From: an uncultured archaeon
Lineage (GTDB): Archaea > Asgardarchaeota > Lokiarchaeia > Sigyniarchaeales > SOKP01
Direction of reading: 5' to 3'
Assembly: GCA_964388035.1 (NCBI GenBank)
Contig: CAYLZE010000019.1
Coordinates: 1-60,529, forward strand
DNA: 60,529 nucleotides
Below, in pieces: positions 59,818 through 60,529 of the stretch (position 1 is its first letter; each line of letters starts with the position of its first letter). Under the pieces are notes generated by a model. That model saw nothing but the letters and a program-made list of their open reading frames with translations, did not search any database and was not told where the DNA came from. The position numbers were made by a program, and so were the translations under genes.

Positions 59818-60339
59818 TTATACATTTAATCTTTTTATGACGATGTCCGCCAAAATTTCAAATGCTTCATGAACATTTTCCCCGTTTTTAGATGATACTT
59901 TGACATAATCAAACAAGTTATATTTTTCTTTTAATTCTAAAACATAATCATCCTCTACGGTGATTTGATCTTTTAAATCCAGCTTAGTACCCACGAAAAG
60001 TATGGGTAATCCTGGATCGTGTTTACGACAGATTTCCACCCATTCACATAAATTTTCTAAGGTTAACGGCCTGGTAAGATCGAACATCAGCAATGCGCCC
60101 TTGGCCCCCAGGACATAACTATGGAGTAAAAAGCGAAAACGTTCCTGCCCCCCAAAATCCCATATTTGAAGGACAACCTCCCGATTGTTCAATACCAACT
60201 CTTTTAGAAAGAATTCTACCCCAATGGTCATTCTTGTCTGCTCTAGAAAGGTATTCGATACGTAACGATGGAGCAGCGTGGTCTTGCCCACTCCACCCTC
60301 TCCTGCAAGTATTACCTTTAAAACGATTGGTTTTGGCAT
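59818..60339 (-). CDS. Rab-like small GTPase
   Basis: GEGGVGKTT, TIGVEF, WDFGGQERF, TKLD, VSSK. Confidence 0.94.
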   Translation of the reverse strand: MPKPIVLKVILAGEGGVGKTTLLHRYVSNTFLEQTRMTIGVEFFLKELVLNNREVVLQIWDFGGQERFRFLLHSYVLGAKGALLMFDLTRPLTLENLCEWVEICRKHDPGLPILFVGTKLDLKDQITVEDDYVLELKEKYNLFDYVKVSSKNGENVHEAFEILADIVIKRLNV

Positions 60340-60529
60340 GATATATTGTAATCCGTGGGTTTAATTTCAACTTATTCAAGAGATATAATTAAAATACATT
60401 TAATATTCAAGATAAAACTTCAGAAAATAAATAAATATATCTTGCTTAAAACATAAAAAAATGAATTTATATTTCTATTGGTGAAGAATTTTCTTGATAT
60501 TTCCGATAGATTTCCTCTTAAATTGGGTA

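Overview
AT-rich archaeal chromosome segment, very likely Asgard (Lokiarchaeia/Promethearchaeota). The assignment is inferred from three Rab-like small GTPases, a longin-roadblock protein, a Loki-CTERM-like exported protein, archaeal Spt5/aIF-1A/CDC48/TrmB and CdhD. It is mostly housekeeping and metabolic DNA: argG, dapA/B/F, leuC/D-type, cdhD, an Hsp20-CDC48-ArsR heat-shock cluster, a TusA/DsrE/LysR sulfur relay, an ABC exporter, two N6-adenine methyltransferases, and an intron-containing tRNA-Pro. I saw no integrase, transposase, reverse transcriptase or CRISPR array. Two observations stand out. (1) A circularly permuted Rab-like GTPase (G3-G4-G5-G1-G2) with a C-terminal membrane anchor lies downstream of a canonical Rab-like GTPase, a thioredoxin and a DUF4139-like protein. 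(2) There are four independent local duplication scars in which new or chimeric genes were built on copies of neighbouring promoters or termini: a single-ring N-D1 CDC48 with a TrmB-derived tail, an MFS transporter carrying the promoter and first ~18 codons of aIF-1A, a duplicated divergent promoter, and inverted acyl-CoA dehydrogenases with stacked alternative 3' ends. All calls come from motif recognition and by-eye alignment; no searches were run.
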